Shown here: positions 54,575-64,000 of the stretch, in pieces
How the letters are laid out: every line of letters begins with the position of its first letter
How positions within the stretch are numbered: position 1 is the stretch's first letter
Origin: Saprolegnia diclina VS20
Lineage: Eukaryota
Length of the DNA: 64,000 nucleotides
NCBI RefSeq assembly: GCF_000281045.1
Contig: NW_008246102.1
Span: 178,992-242,991, forward strand
Direction of reading: 5' to 3'
The notes under the pieces: model-generated
Database searches by the model: none
Seen by the model: the letters and a program-made list of their open reading frames with translations, nothing else
What the model was told of the DNA's origin: nothing
Translations under genes and position numbers: made by a program

Positions 54575-55056
54575 GACGTCGGCGTTCTCTCCGCGACAGT
54601 CAGCTCGCGCACGGTTGACGCTGTGTCGCCGGCGCCACCGGACGTTGTCGCGTCTGGGCCGACGATTGTCGACGTGGCGCCTTTGGTTCGCTTGGTCGGG
54701 CCCAACGACGACGTCGGCACTCTCGCCGCGACGGTCGTCTCGCGCACAGTTGACGCCGTGGTGCCGGCGCTACCGGACGTTGTCGCGTCCGGGCTGACGA
54801 TTGTCGACGTGGCGCCTTTGGTCCGCTCGGTCGGGCCCAACGACGACGTCAGCGTTCTCGCCGCGACGGTCGTCTCACGGACGGTTGACGGCGTGGTGCC
54901 GGTGCCACCGGGCGTTGTCGCGTCCGGTCCAACGTTTCTCGGTGCGGCACCTTTGGTCCGCTCGGTCGGGCCCAACGACGACGTCGGCACTCTCGCCGCG
55001 ACGGTCGTCTCGCGCACGGTTGACGCCGTGGTGCCGGTGCCACCGGACGTTGCCGC
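54575..55056. repeat. 135-bp minisatellite, about 3.6 copies
   Basis: GGGCCCAACGACGACGTC recurs at 54698, 54833 and 54968. Open frames on both strands. Confidence 0.92.
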
Positions 55057-56126
55057 ACAGGTCGAAAACTGGAACGCGCACAAGAGTTTGGCGTACAACG
55101 TTGACGGTGTTGATTGCTCGATGTGCATCGAAGCGAGACATGCGGTCGCTCTCTTCACGTCACTCTTTGTCGCTTTGGTGTACGTCCTGCATCAACGTTG
55201 TGCGCCTCATGCATCGTTGCGTAGGGTGCTTGAAATCGTGATGATGCGGCAGCTCAAATACTGCCGCTCGACAGATTTTTCCGGTAGACACCTCAGGTTT
55301 GTAATGGCCTCTACGACTTGGATCATAGATACGCTCAACACCGCCGCCGTCGCTGCCGCCACAGGTAGGCTTACGTCCATCGTGCCAGTCGTCTATGCCA
55401 GCGCTTTCGCTGCCATAGGGCCTGCACGCGTTCCGGCGCCAGCCACCCACGACGCTCACTGCGCTGTCTCTCGCATGGATTTGCATTTTATCCTACGTTT
55501 GCTGACTCATACACCATGCCCCACAGATTGATGTCGCCGCAGGCACGTCTCGTCGACTACAGGTACCTCTGGGGTGACGCAGTCGACGCCAATGATCACC
55601 GCTGGCTGTGGCAAAAGCTGCTCGTCGCCGTCGACAAGCTCGAGCCGGCCGAAATCAACTTGCGATTCAAAGCACTAAAGTGTTGCTTCGAACCAAGCAG
55701 CGCCTGGAGACCCTGCATACGCTCGGCAGCCAGGAGCAGCAGCCGGCCGCCACCTTGGCCTCGCTGCCGCAAGCCTCGCTCGCTCAAAAGAGCCGACTGG
55801 AGAGCCTGGGCCGCCATGTCCAATCGCGTTGCTTCTGTGGCCGTCGTGCCCGACGCTGGGGTTGGAAGTAGCATCCCACTGGTAGCATCCGACGCACTTC
55901 GGTGTGGTCGACGACGGCCGCCTGCGGACTGGAACATGCACACCTCGATGTTTGCTGCGCGAGGCCAGCAACAACGCTTGCTCGATGGACAAGGTGCGAA
56001 GTGAGCACAAAAGCTCATCGCTCAAGAGCTGCGAGAGATCGAGATAGGACAAATCCTAGCATAGTTCAACTGTTGTGTATTACGACTAACCTACTTTACC
56101 GGGCGGATGACAAGAGTAATATCTTC

Positions 56127-57907
56127 TTACTCTTCGGCGCCCTGGGGCTCTTGGCTGCGGCCCATCTGACGGCCTGCCCGCATGACCTCGTCAACGAGCA
56201 GCAGTTGCGTCGCAAGCGCCGAGGCCAAGTGGATAAACTGGCGCTTCACGCGGTAGTTGTCCAAAACGCCTTCCGACAGCGGCAGCATCGGCTCGCCCGA
56301 GAAGAGGTCAAGGCCCACGGCCTTGCCCGACGCCTTGTGCTCTTCGAGGCACGCCAAGAGCGCGTCCTGAACGTCGAGACCCGAGTTTTCGGCGAGCACC
56401 TTGGGAATGACCAGGAGCGCGTCGGCAAACGCCTGGACACCGAGCTTGGCACGGCCCTTGACCGTCTCCTTGAACGCGTAGAGGGCCTGGTGCGCAGCAA
56501 ACTCAAAGGCGCCGGCGCCGGGCACGACGCCGTTGTCTTCGATCGTGTTGTTGACGGCGCGGATACCGTCGCGGATCGCGTCCTTGATCTGCGCAATCGT
56601 GTGTTCGTTCGGGCCCTTGATGAGAATCGAGCACGACTGCGGGTGGCGCACGTCCTCGACAAACGTGTAGTGGTCCTCGCCGAGCGTTTGCTCGTAGACG
56701 CGGCCAGCGTACCCGAGCATGTTGGGCTCCATGTCGTCGGTCGAGTTGATGGCCATGCCGCCGCAAGCGAGCGTGAGGCGTTCCATGTTGCGGCGCTTGG
56801 CGCGGCGGAGCGCGAGGATGCCCTCCTTCGCGAGCATGTCGAGCGAGAGCGGGTCAATGCCCTTCTGGTTGATGATGACGAACGACGCCTTGTTCTCGTC
56901 CGTGCACACGTGGCGCTTGAGCTCGATGATCTGCTTGACCTTGTCGTCGGTGAACTTGCGCTCGGCCTCGACCATCTTCTCGCGCTGCTCGGCGCTGTTG
57001 TAGAAGAAACCAGAGTTGACCTCGCTCTTCTCGTACTCGAGCGAGACGTTGCACGTCATGATGAAGCAGTTCTCGAGCTCCGTGGGCATGTCCGGGTGGC
57101 GCGACCCGTGGTCCAAGACGAGACCCTTGATGAGACGCGTGTCGGCCGCGCTCTGGTGCACCATCTAGTTGCATCGAAAGACGTTTGAGCTTGCGGCAAG
57201 GCGAACGAGGCTCGAGACGTACGTGCATGATCTCGATCATGTGCAGGTCGATGGGGCGGCCGGGCGTCGCAATCGTAAGGACAGCGTCCGTGACGATCTC
57301 CGTGAGCTGATCCGCGAGCTACAGCAACGATAAGTATCTGATGAAGACAGTCAGACGACGTACTTGCTGGTCGAGCTTGGTGCGGAGCGACGTGCGGGCC
57401 ACGCTGGCGAGGAGCTCGCGGTCCTGCAAGATATCCTTCTTCTCAACCTGTCCGCGCGCATGAGCCATGATGGTATATTGCATCCACGAGTACCTTGATT
57501 TGGTCCAAGACGCGGAGCGCTTCTTCGCGCGCAAGCTCAAAGCCTTCGGCGAGCACACGCGGGTGGAGGCCGTCCGAGAGGAAGCGCTCGGCCTGCTTGA
57601 GGAGCTCGCCCGTGAAGAGCACGGTCGAGGTGGTACCGTCGCCCGTGATGTCATCCTGCGCCGTCGCGGCGCGAGCAATGACCGCGGCCGTCGGGTGCTG
57701 GATCTGCATCTCGTGCAGGAGCACGTTGCCGTCCTTCGTGAGCTTGATCTGGCCGGCGCCGCCCACGAGCATCTTGAGCGTACCGCGCGGGCCGAGGTTC
57801 GACTTGAGGACGCCCTGGAGGCCCTTGGCCGCGCTCACGTTGACGAGGAGCGCCTGGGAGCGGGCGACGACCTCGGCGTTGGGGTTGACTGTGCGGACGC
57901 TGGACAT
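56127..57907 (-). CDS. CCT6: T-complex protein 1 subunit zeta (chaperonin CCT6)
   Basis: [48 protein letters not shown] and [12 protein letters not shown], with short introns between 57165 and 57495. Confidence 0.97.
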
Positions 57908-58560
57908 TGGAAAGCCAAAATGCAAATGACCAATACTTTAATCGAGTCAAATCCCATTCGTGGTCCCGCCGCCCAAAAAAAGCCAAAAGCCTCCGTCTTC
58001 TGATAGGATGGGGTATTGTGAGATAGAGGTTTCTCGACAGCGGGTCGCCCGGATCGTCGCCGCCTGCCATCGTGCGGCCGCGCGCCGTCGAGATCGGTCC
58101 AATGTACCATACCATGCCATGGGCCATGGGTACATGTGCTATGTCAAGCAGCCTCGACGTGCGCTCGTGCGGCGTCGAAGGCGAGGAGCGGACGACGCAT
58201 GGCGCGCACAATGCGGCCGATGAAGTCAACAACGCGACCCGCGTACCTACGCTGCTGGCGCCTCTGTCAACCATGGACAGGATCATAACGTGCATTGCAT
58301 CGTGCAATCGTAGCACTGAGCGAGAACTACGGTGGACATGCTCGCGCGCCGCAAGCAAGAAGATCGCAAGACGCAGTATTCTCGCAATTTTGCAGATGAC
58401 AGGACGAGCTCGATGTTCAACAACGAGCTGCATATACATGACCGAACGTAGCACAAGCAGGTCGTAGGACCGGCGATAGCGGGCGAGACATACGAGGATG
58501 GACAACACAACAACATCGACACCATGAGCTCACATTGCCTTTTGTAACTTGACGAGGGTG

Positions 58561-59970
58561 CTACAGCGGCAGGTGCGGGAACTTGATGGCTTTGATGACA
58601 CCGTCCTTGCCACATGCGAGCAGCGACACTGTGTTGAGCCACTCGATCGCATGGATGAGCCCTTGCTGTGTATCGGTGCGAGCGACGACGTCGAGCGTCT
58701 CGAGGTCAACTACGTACACGGTGCTCTCAGCGACGCACGCGGCAAAGCGGCCGCAGACCTTGAGATGCGGGATCCACTGCGACGTCTGCAGTGCAACGCT
58801 CTTCGTTGCTTGCTGCGCTCGCTCGCTCTTGGTGCTTGCTGCGTTGCAATAGACAAAGAGGTGGCCGTGGCCTGTGGAGGCCACGAGGTGCCCGGCGGCG
58901 GAGACCTGGAGCTGGTAGATGGCAACGCCCGCGTCGATCGTGCGCAGCAGATGCAAGGTCGTCGCGTCAAATAGGTGGATCGTGCCGTCGTTCGACGCGC
59001 TCGCAATCACAGTGTCGTCGACTTGCAGGATGCTCTGCACCGTCTTGCGGTGGTAGCTCGGAAACGTGTGCAGTGGCGCGCCGCTGGCATCATACTCCAA
59101 CGACCATACCACGAGCGATGCGTCCGAGGCGCCGCTCCAGCAGCGCAATGTTGGGAGGCGGAGCAGCCAGCACGATACGTACCCGCGGTGGCCCTCCAGA
59201 ACACGAAGGCAGACATATGCCTGGAGGTCCCAGAGCCGCAGCGTGTGGTCTTCGGAGGCACTCAGCGCGGTTATGGCGTTGACGAAAGCAACCTTGGTGA
59301 CGTGCCCGCTGTGGCCATCGAGGCGCTTCCGGAGGCGAAAGTCCTTGGCGCAAAGCCAAACGCCAATCGTATGGTCGTGCGAGCCCGAGAGCAGGTGCTC
59401 TTTGGAGAGAGCGACCGCGCAGACTACGTCCTTGTGGCCTTTGAGCACGTGGTGGCAGTTGAACGAGCCGCGCGACCAAATGCGCAGCGTCATGTCGATC
59501 GAGCACGAGACAATGTACCGATCGTCCGAGGCGAGGAGCGCGCAGACACCGCCCGCGTGCCCGTAGAGCGTCTGCGAGACGCATTTTCCGAGATCAGGCG
59601 TCTCGGCCGCAGGCGGCAATCGCGTTGAAGAGGACGAGGGCGACGAAGCGAGGACCGTGGGATGGGGCGACGTCGATGGTTGGTTGGCGACGGGCACTAC
59701 GGGTGTGAGCGACGACGATGCTGACGTCATCGGGACGCGGGCCCGCTTGGTGCGCGGCCGGACGCCGGCAGGGCGATTCCAGCGCAGTGGGCTAACGCCA
59801 AACCACATCACACCGCCTGTCTCGTTGTCGGTTTCGAATTTGATAGTGTACCGGTGGCCCGTTTGGCGCTTGTTTCGGGTGTTTGTCGTGCACGAACCTG
59901 CCACTTGCTTGACAGGCTGGTAGACGCTTCGAGTCCATCGGTCGACAGGTTTCCTCATCGTTCTGCGCAT
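58561..59970 (-). CDS. WD40 repeat protein
   Basis: Repeated GH...D.T..IW units (GHAGGV, GHKDVV, GHSGHV, GHRGYV). The start codon is uncertain. Confidence 0.85.
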   Translation of the reverse strand: MRRTMRKPVDRWTRSVYQPVKQVAGSCTTNTRNKRQTGHRYTIKFETDNETGGVMWFGVSPLRWNRPAGVRPRTKRARVPMTSASSSLTPVVPVANQPSTSPHPTVLASSPSSSSTRLPPAAETPDLGKCVSQTLYGHAGGVCALLASDDRYIVSCSIDMTLRIWSRGSFNCHHVLKGHKDVVCAVALSKEHLLSGSHDHTIGVWLCAKDFRLRKRLDGHSGHVTKVAFVNAITALSASEDHTLRLWDLQAYVCLRVLEGHRGYVSCWLLRLPTLRCWSGASDASLVVWSLEYDASGAPLHTFPSYHRKTVQSILQVDDTVIASASNDGTIHLFDATTLHLLRTIDAGVAIYQLQVSAAGHLVASTGHGHLFVYCNAASTKSERAQQATKSVALQTSQWIPHLKVCGRFAACVAESTVYVVDLETLDVVARTDTQQGLIHAIEWLNTVSLLACGKDGVIKAIKFPHLPL

Positions 59971-60659
59971 CTGGATAGGCGGCAATCGAGATAGCTACAA
60001 CGGTATCGATCAAGACTGGCGAGCAGAGACAAAAGTCTTTGGCCCTTTGCACTTGGACGGGCCGATGTGGGTACCTTCTACGTATCGAGTAGAAGAAGCG
60101 CCATACCTTGTTATGCTCCCTCTGCGTTGGCGTGCGAACAACACCTCCACGGAAACGACGGCAGTTGAGCTATGAAATATACCTGGTACTTTTGAGCGTC
60201 GACTGCGTTGAAGGGCGTCGCGCTCGCTTCTCGACTACTACTAGTAGTAGGTAAGAGAAGAGACCTGCAAGTATACGATTCACACTGTTAGCTCTGTAGG
60301 AACCCCACTCGTGCTGTTTCCGGTGTGGCCACAGCATCGGCTTCTTCCTCTCGATGCATACCGGTAGCATTCGGTCGGCGCAGGATATGCCAACCGCCAA
60401 TCAGAGCTCACAGGTAACAATCGTTGCCGCCGATTGGCTCATTTGATTCCAAAGCTGTTCTTTGTCTTTGCACCCATCGCCAGTAGCTATCGCCAGCAGG
60501 AAGGGCTTTTCATTTACTTTCACATTCCTGCCTTGGCTCACGGGTCGGTGCCAACCTTGCGACGCTGCCCACTCGCGACGGAGCAAGAGAATTCGCTTCT
60601 TCTGCACGAGCCAGAGGTACACAGGAACGATGCCTGAACGAACACGCCTCGGCTGCGCT

Positions 60660-63300
60660 CTACATGACGCTGTTTGTGCCAGCTTCACGTATCCGACCAA
60701 GTCATCAAGGCACGAGGCCTTGCGCGCGCTGTGTGACCAAGAGCCCGTAGCATCTGCCACGCATACACCAAGGTAGTCCACTCATGAAATGCTCGAGGTC
60801 GATCTCAAGCAGCTAGCGCAGGGCGGTGGAAGCCTTGGCGCATGGATGCGCATAACCGCCATGGACCTTGAAGACCGTGGAGATGGCGTTCGCCTGTCAT
60901 TCTACGGGTACGGCGAGGTGTGAGCCAATGGAAGACCACACCTGCCACCACCACGGCCGAGGCGGCGACGCGGACCACGGCGACAGCTTCCGCGGCCGCG
61001 CNNNNNNNNNNNNNNNNNNNNNNNNNNNNNNNNNNNNNNNNNNNNNNNNNNNNNNNNNNNNNNNNNNNNNNNNNNNNNNNNNNNNNNNNNNNNNNNNNNN
61101 NNNNNNNNNNNNNNNNNNNNNNNNNNNNNNNNNNNNNNNNNNNNNNNNNNNNNNNNNNNNNNNNNNNNNNNNNNNNNNNNNNNNNNNNNNNNNNNNNNNN
61201 NNNNNNNNNNNNNNNNNNNNNNNNNNNNNNNNNNNNNNNNNNNNNNNNNNNNNNNNNNNNNNNNNNNNNNNNNNNNNNNNNNNNNNNNNNNNNNNNNNNN
61301 NNNNNNNNNNNNNNNNNNNNNNNNNNNNNNNNNNNNNNNNNNNNNNNNNNNNNNNNNNNNNNNNNNNNNNNNNNNNNNNNNNNNNNNNNNNNNNNNNNNN
61401 NNNNNNNNNNNNNNNNNNNNNNNNNNNNNNNNNNNNNNNNNNNNNNNNNNNNNNNNNNNNNNNNNNNNNNNNNGCATTTGAAGGCGCGCCACGCATCGAC
61501 CATCTGCCACGCAGACATCAAGTTGTCCAACATTCTCATGGCACCGACAACGGACGACTCTTCTTCATTGTGTTTGTCTCTTACGAATGCGATGCTAGGG
61601 CCACCGGCGCGTCACCGACTTGTTACGAGCGGAACGCTTGCTTTCGGAAACCCGCACCCAGCCCCAAGCAGCTCCCGAGCGGGTCGTGAAAAAAGACGGT
61701 ACAGAAGCCTTCACAACGTACGCTGGACCCATATTTTACATGGAAATGACGCATGTACCATGACGTAGGACCTCCCGCGCTTCTCGGGTTGTTCCCTGAA
61801 CAATTTCTTGCTCAGAGACGACACAAGGAGCTCGAATTGCTCCAGCGCTGTGCGAGCCCCGACAGCTTGACGCCACTGCGCTGCAGTAATTCCAGGCCCT
61901 TGGTGTCGTCTTGGAGCCAGAGGATGTTCAAGTATCATCTTGAGTAGCGCAGCTGCATTCTCTGCGCCTTTTGGACGCCATGACGGGTCAAGCCAACCGC
62001 CGGCCGAGGTCATCTCGACGCCGCCACTTCATTTCGAGTTCGTCCAGCACCTCCACTTCACCTGGACACAAGCCTGCACGACGGAAGCGCTTGATGGCGC
62101 CATTCGCTATGACCGCTTCCTCGTCGAGCACTACAACCAATGGTTGAACTCAGCGATGCCACCGAGAAGCATTTCCTTTGCGGCTTTGACATTTGGACGA
62201 TCATGCGACGGCGCCGCTCAAGACGAGCCCTCGGTCGCGCTCAAAGTGAAGGAGCTCGTGCCAGTCTCTCGTATTTCTACGAGTCGTCAACGCACGAGGC
62301 CTTGCGGTCGCTGCTAGATCAAGAGCTCGTAGCATCTGCCACGCAGACACGCAGCTGCCGTACGACCTTTTTCTTTTGCATCTCTCATTACGAATGCGCT
62401 GCTAGGCTTGGGCAGTGAAGATTACCCTTCCGCGTCCACCATGGAGCTCGTCATCTTGAAGGCTGAGATAAGACGGGCCCGTCTTGGTCGACACCAACGA
62501 GCTCGTCCAGCGCACGCTTCCGTCGCTGAGAATGTGGCCTGAAGGACTCGCTCACCGCCCACGGCGTGCGTCTGCCTAGTCGGTCCATAACTCGACAAAG
62601 CACATGACAACAGCGAGTCTTGCATTCGTTAATCTCTGTCGCAGACGGTCGGGCAATCGGGCTGACCACGTCGCCAGAGAGCGCACCAGAGCTACAAGGC
62701 GTTGGCGTGCGACGATGGAATGGCGCCGTGAGATTGAGAGCTTTGTTGCCACGAGAAGATGGGCCTCTAAGTCGTGTGATGATTGACCCGAGGCCGCAAC
62801 ACCGTCTCGGACGGTCGCAAGTGCCATGTATCATCACAGGCTGGTGAGCGGTGATATAGCCTACAGAGTAAATGCGCTGGCTTATGCTGGAAGGGAGCTA
62901 ACGCCGTCCGCTCTGGCAGCCGCGGACGGACGCAATGACCTCAAGTGCGAGAAGCGGGCCATCGGCGGTCGCTAGCGCACCGAGTGATGTGCTCGGAGCA
63001 CGCCGCCTCAAAGTTCGGCGCGCCCTGGTCGTCACGACGTGCGCCCAAGGCGCCAAGGTCCGCCGTCGATGCTATTCCATGCGTCATCAAGCGACCGATC
63101 CGGCTTTTGAAAGCCCGAGATACCGACGCTGTTGACGCCTTGGCTCTAGCAGTGGTCCCACTCGCTTGCAGGTCGATCTCAAGCAGCAAGCAAACTGATG
63201 AAAGCCGGTATGCGATGGCCGCGATGGCCACCATTGACTTTGGGGACTGTGGAGATGGTGCTCGCCTGCTGTTCTACGGGATCGGCGATGAAACTCTCGC
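60660..63300 (+). pseudogene. Decayed tandem copies of a protein-kinase gene
   Basis: Three versions of a subdomain VI segment: ICHAYTK (~60752), ICHADIKLSNIL (~61502) and ICHADTQ (~62334), with stops and frameshifts. Flanks at 60790-61000 are homologous to 63165-63470. Confidence 0.6.
61002..61473. other. Assembly gap (N-run)
   Basis: N bases. Confidence 1.
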
Positions 63301-63388
63301 AAAGATCGCCATGTGGCGCCTATCATCCGGATAATATCAAGGGAGAATCCTATGCGTCCGGTTTCAAACATACCAGTACACTCGAGCG

Positions 63389-64000
63389 ATGCCCCAGACC
63401 ACGCCGCCACCCACCGCAGCCGAGACGACGCCGACCACGCCGATAGACGCGTTCCCGGAGGCCACGCCGAGCCGGAAGCGCAAGGCGCTGGACGAGGCAG
63501 CCGGGCAGAAGGTCCGTCGCATGGCATGCACGACCGCGAGCGTCACGTCGTGTCCTATCTTGTAGGCCGTCAAAGCCGTCAAGCCCGAGGCTACGAGCGT
63601 CGTCGAGCAAGCCAAGGCCTTGGCCACGCGTGCTTGGACGTGGGCGCCGTCGCTTCGCGCGTGGCAGCGTACCGCGACGACGGACGCCGACGAGACAGCG
63701 GGCCCGACCATGCCCGAGGTACGACGCACCGACCGTCGAAACGGTGCCAAATCGCCTGTCTTTTCTGCATGTAGGCTGCGTCGTTCGAGTCGATGCTGTC
63801 CGACATTGGTGTCGGCTGCAACCTCGACGATCCCATTCATTGCGGCGCGACGACGGTCGTGTACTACGGCGAGTGCAACTCGAGCGGCGACGCGGTCGCG
63901 ATCAAGGTCCACGCTGCGATCGCAACGGCATAGTGCTCTATATCGCGCGTGTTTTCTAGGCATTGAAGGACATGTCCAGCGGTGGCAATGCGAAGGTCGA
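63389..64000 (+). CDS. Protein kinase, 5' part (continues beyond the window)
   Basis: ATG 63389. Three phase-0 introns join MPQTTPPP...RKRKALDE / AVKAVKP... / ...IHCGATTVVYYGECNSSGDAVAIK / ALKD, a degenerate Gly-loop plus VAIK. Confidence 0.65.

Overview
Eukaryotic, GC-rich, intron-dense scaffold with 4 N-gaps. Tiny ~40-55 nt GT(AC)...YAG introns, the gene content and the TKL-type kinase expansion point to an oomycete, most likely Saprolegniales (inference). The most unusual feature is at 1.3-18.2 kb, where two tandem, exon-colinear paralogues of a giant gene (~43 exons, roughly 2,000 aa by manual splicing) are invisible in the ORF track. Each has the architecture ANKx13 - kinase - ANKx13 - kinase - ANKx4-5 - double zinc ribbon - pseudokinase. 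Almost every ankyrin repeat sits on its own ~99-nt phase-0 exon, and the distal repeats are divergent while the kinases are conserved, so this is a candidate tandem-kinase sensor/immune-receptor family. The middle of the window is mostly housekeeping: a PHO84-like transporter, MOK/LF4-like kinase, alpha/beta hydrolase-RanBP2, FYVE-DEP, USP32-like DUB, PH-PI4K, CXIP4-like, parvulin, mitochondrial IF3, CCT6 and a WD40 gene. A MULE DNA transposon (42703-45740, ~88-bp TIRs, 9-bp TSD) splits one gene of a head-to-head DUF4419-like pair. A 135-bp minisatellite lies near 54.8 kb, and a decayed tandem kinase array occupies the right end. All exon models were read by eye and are not confirmed by transcripts.
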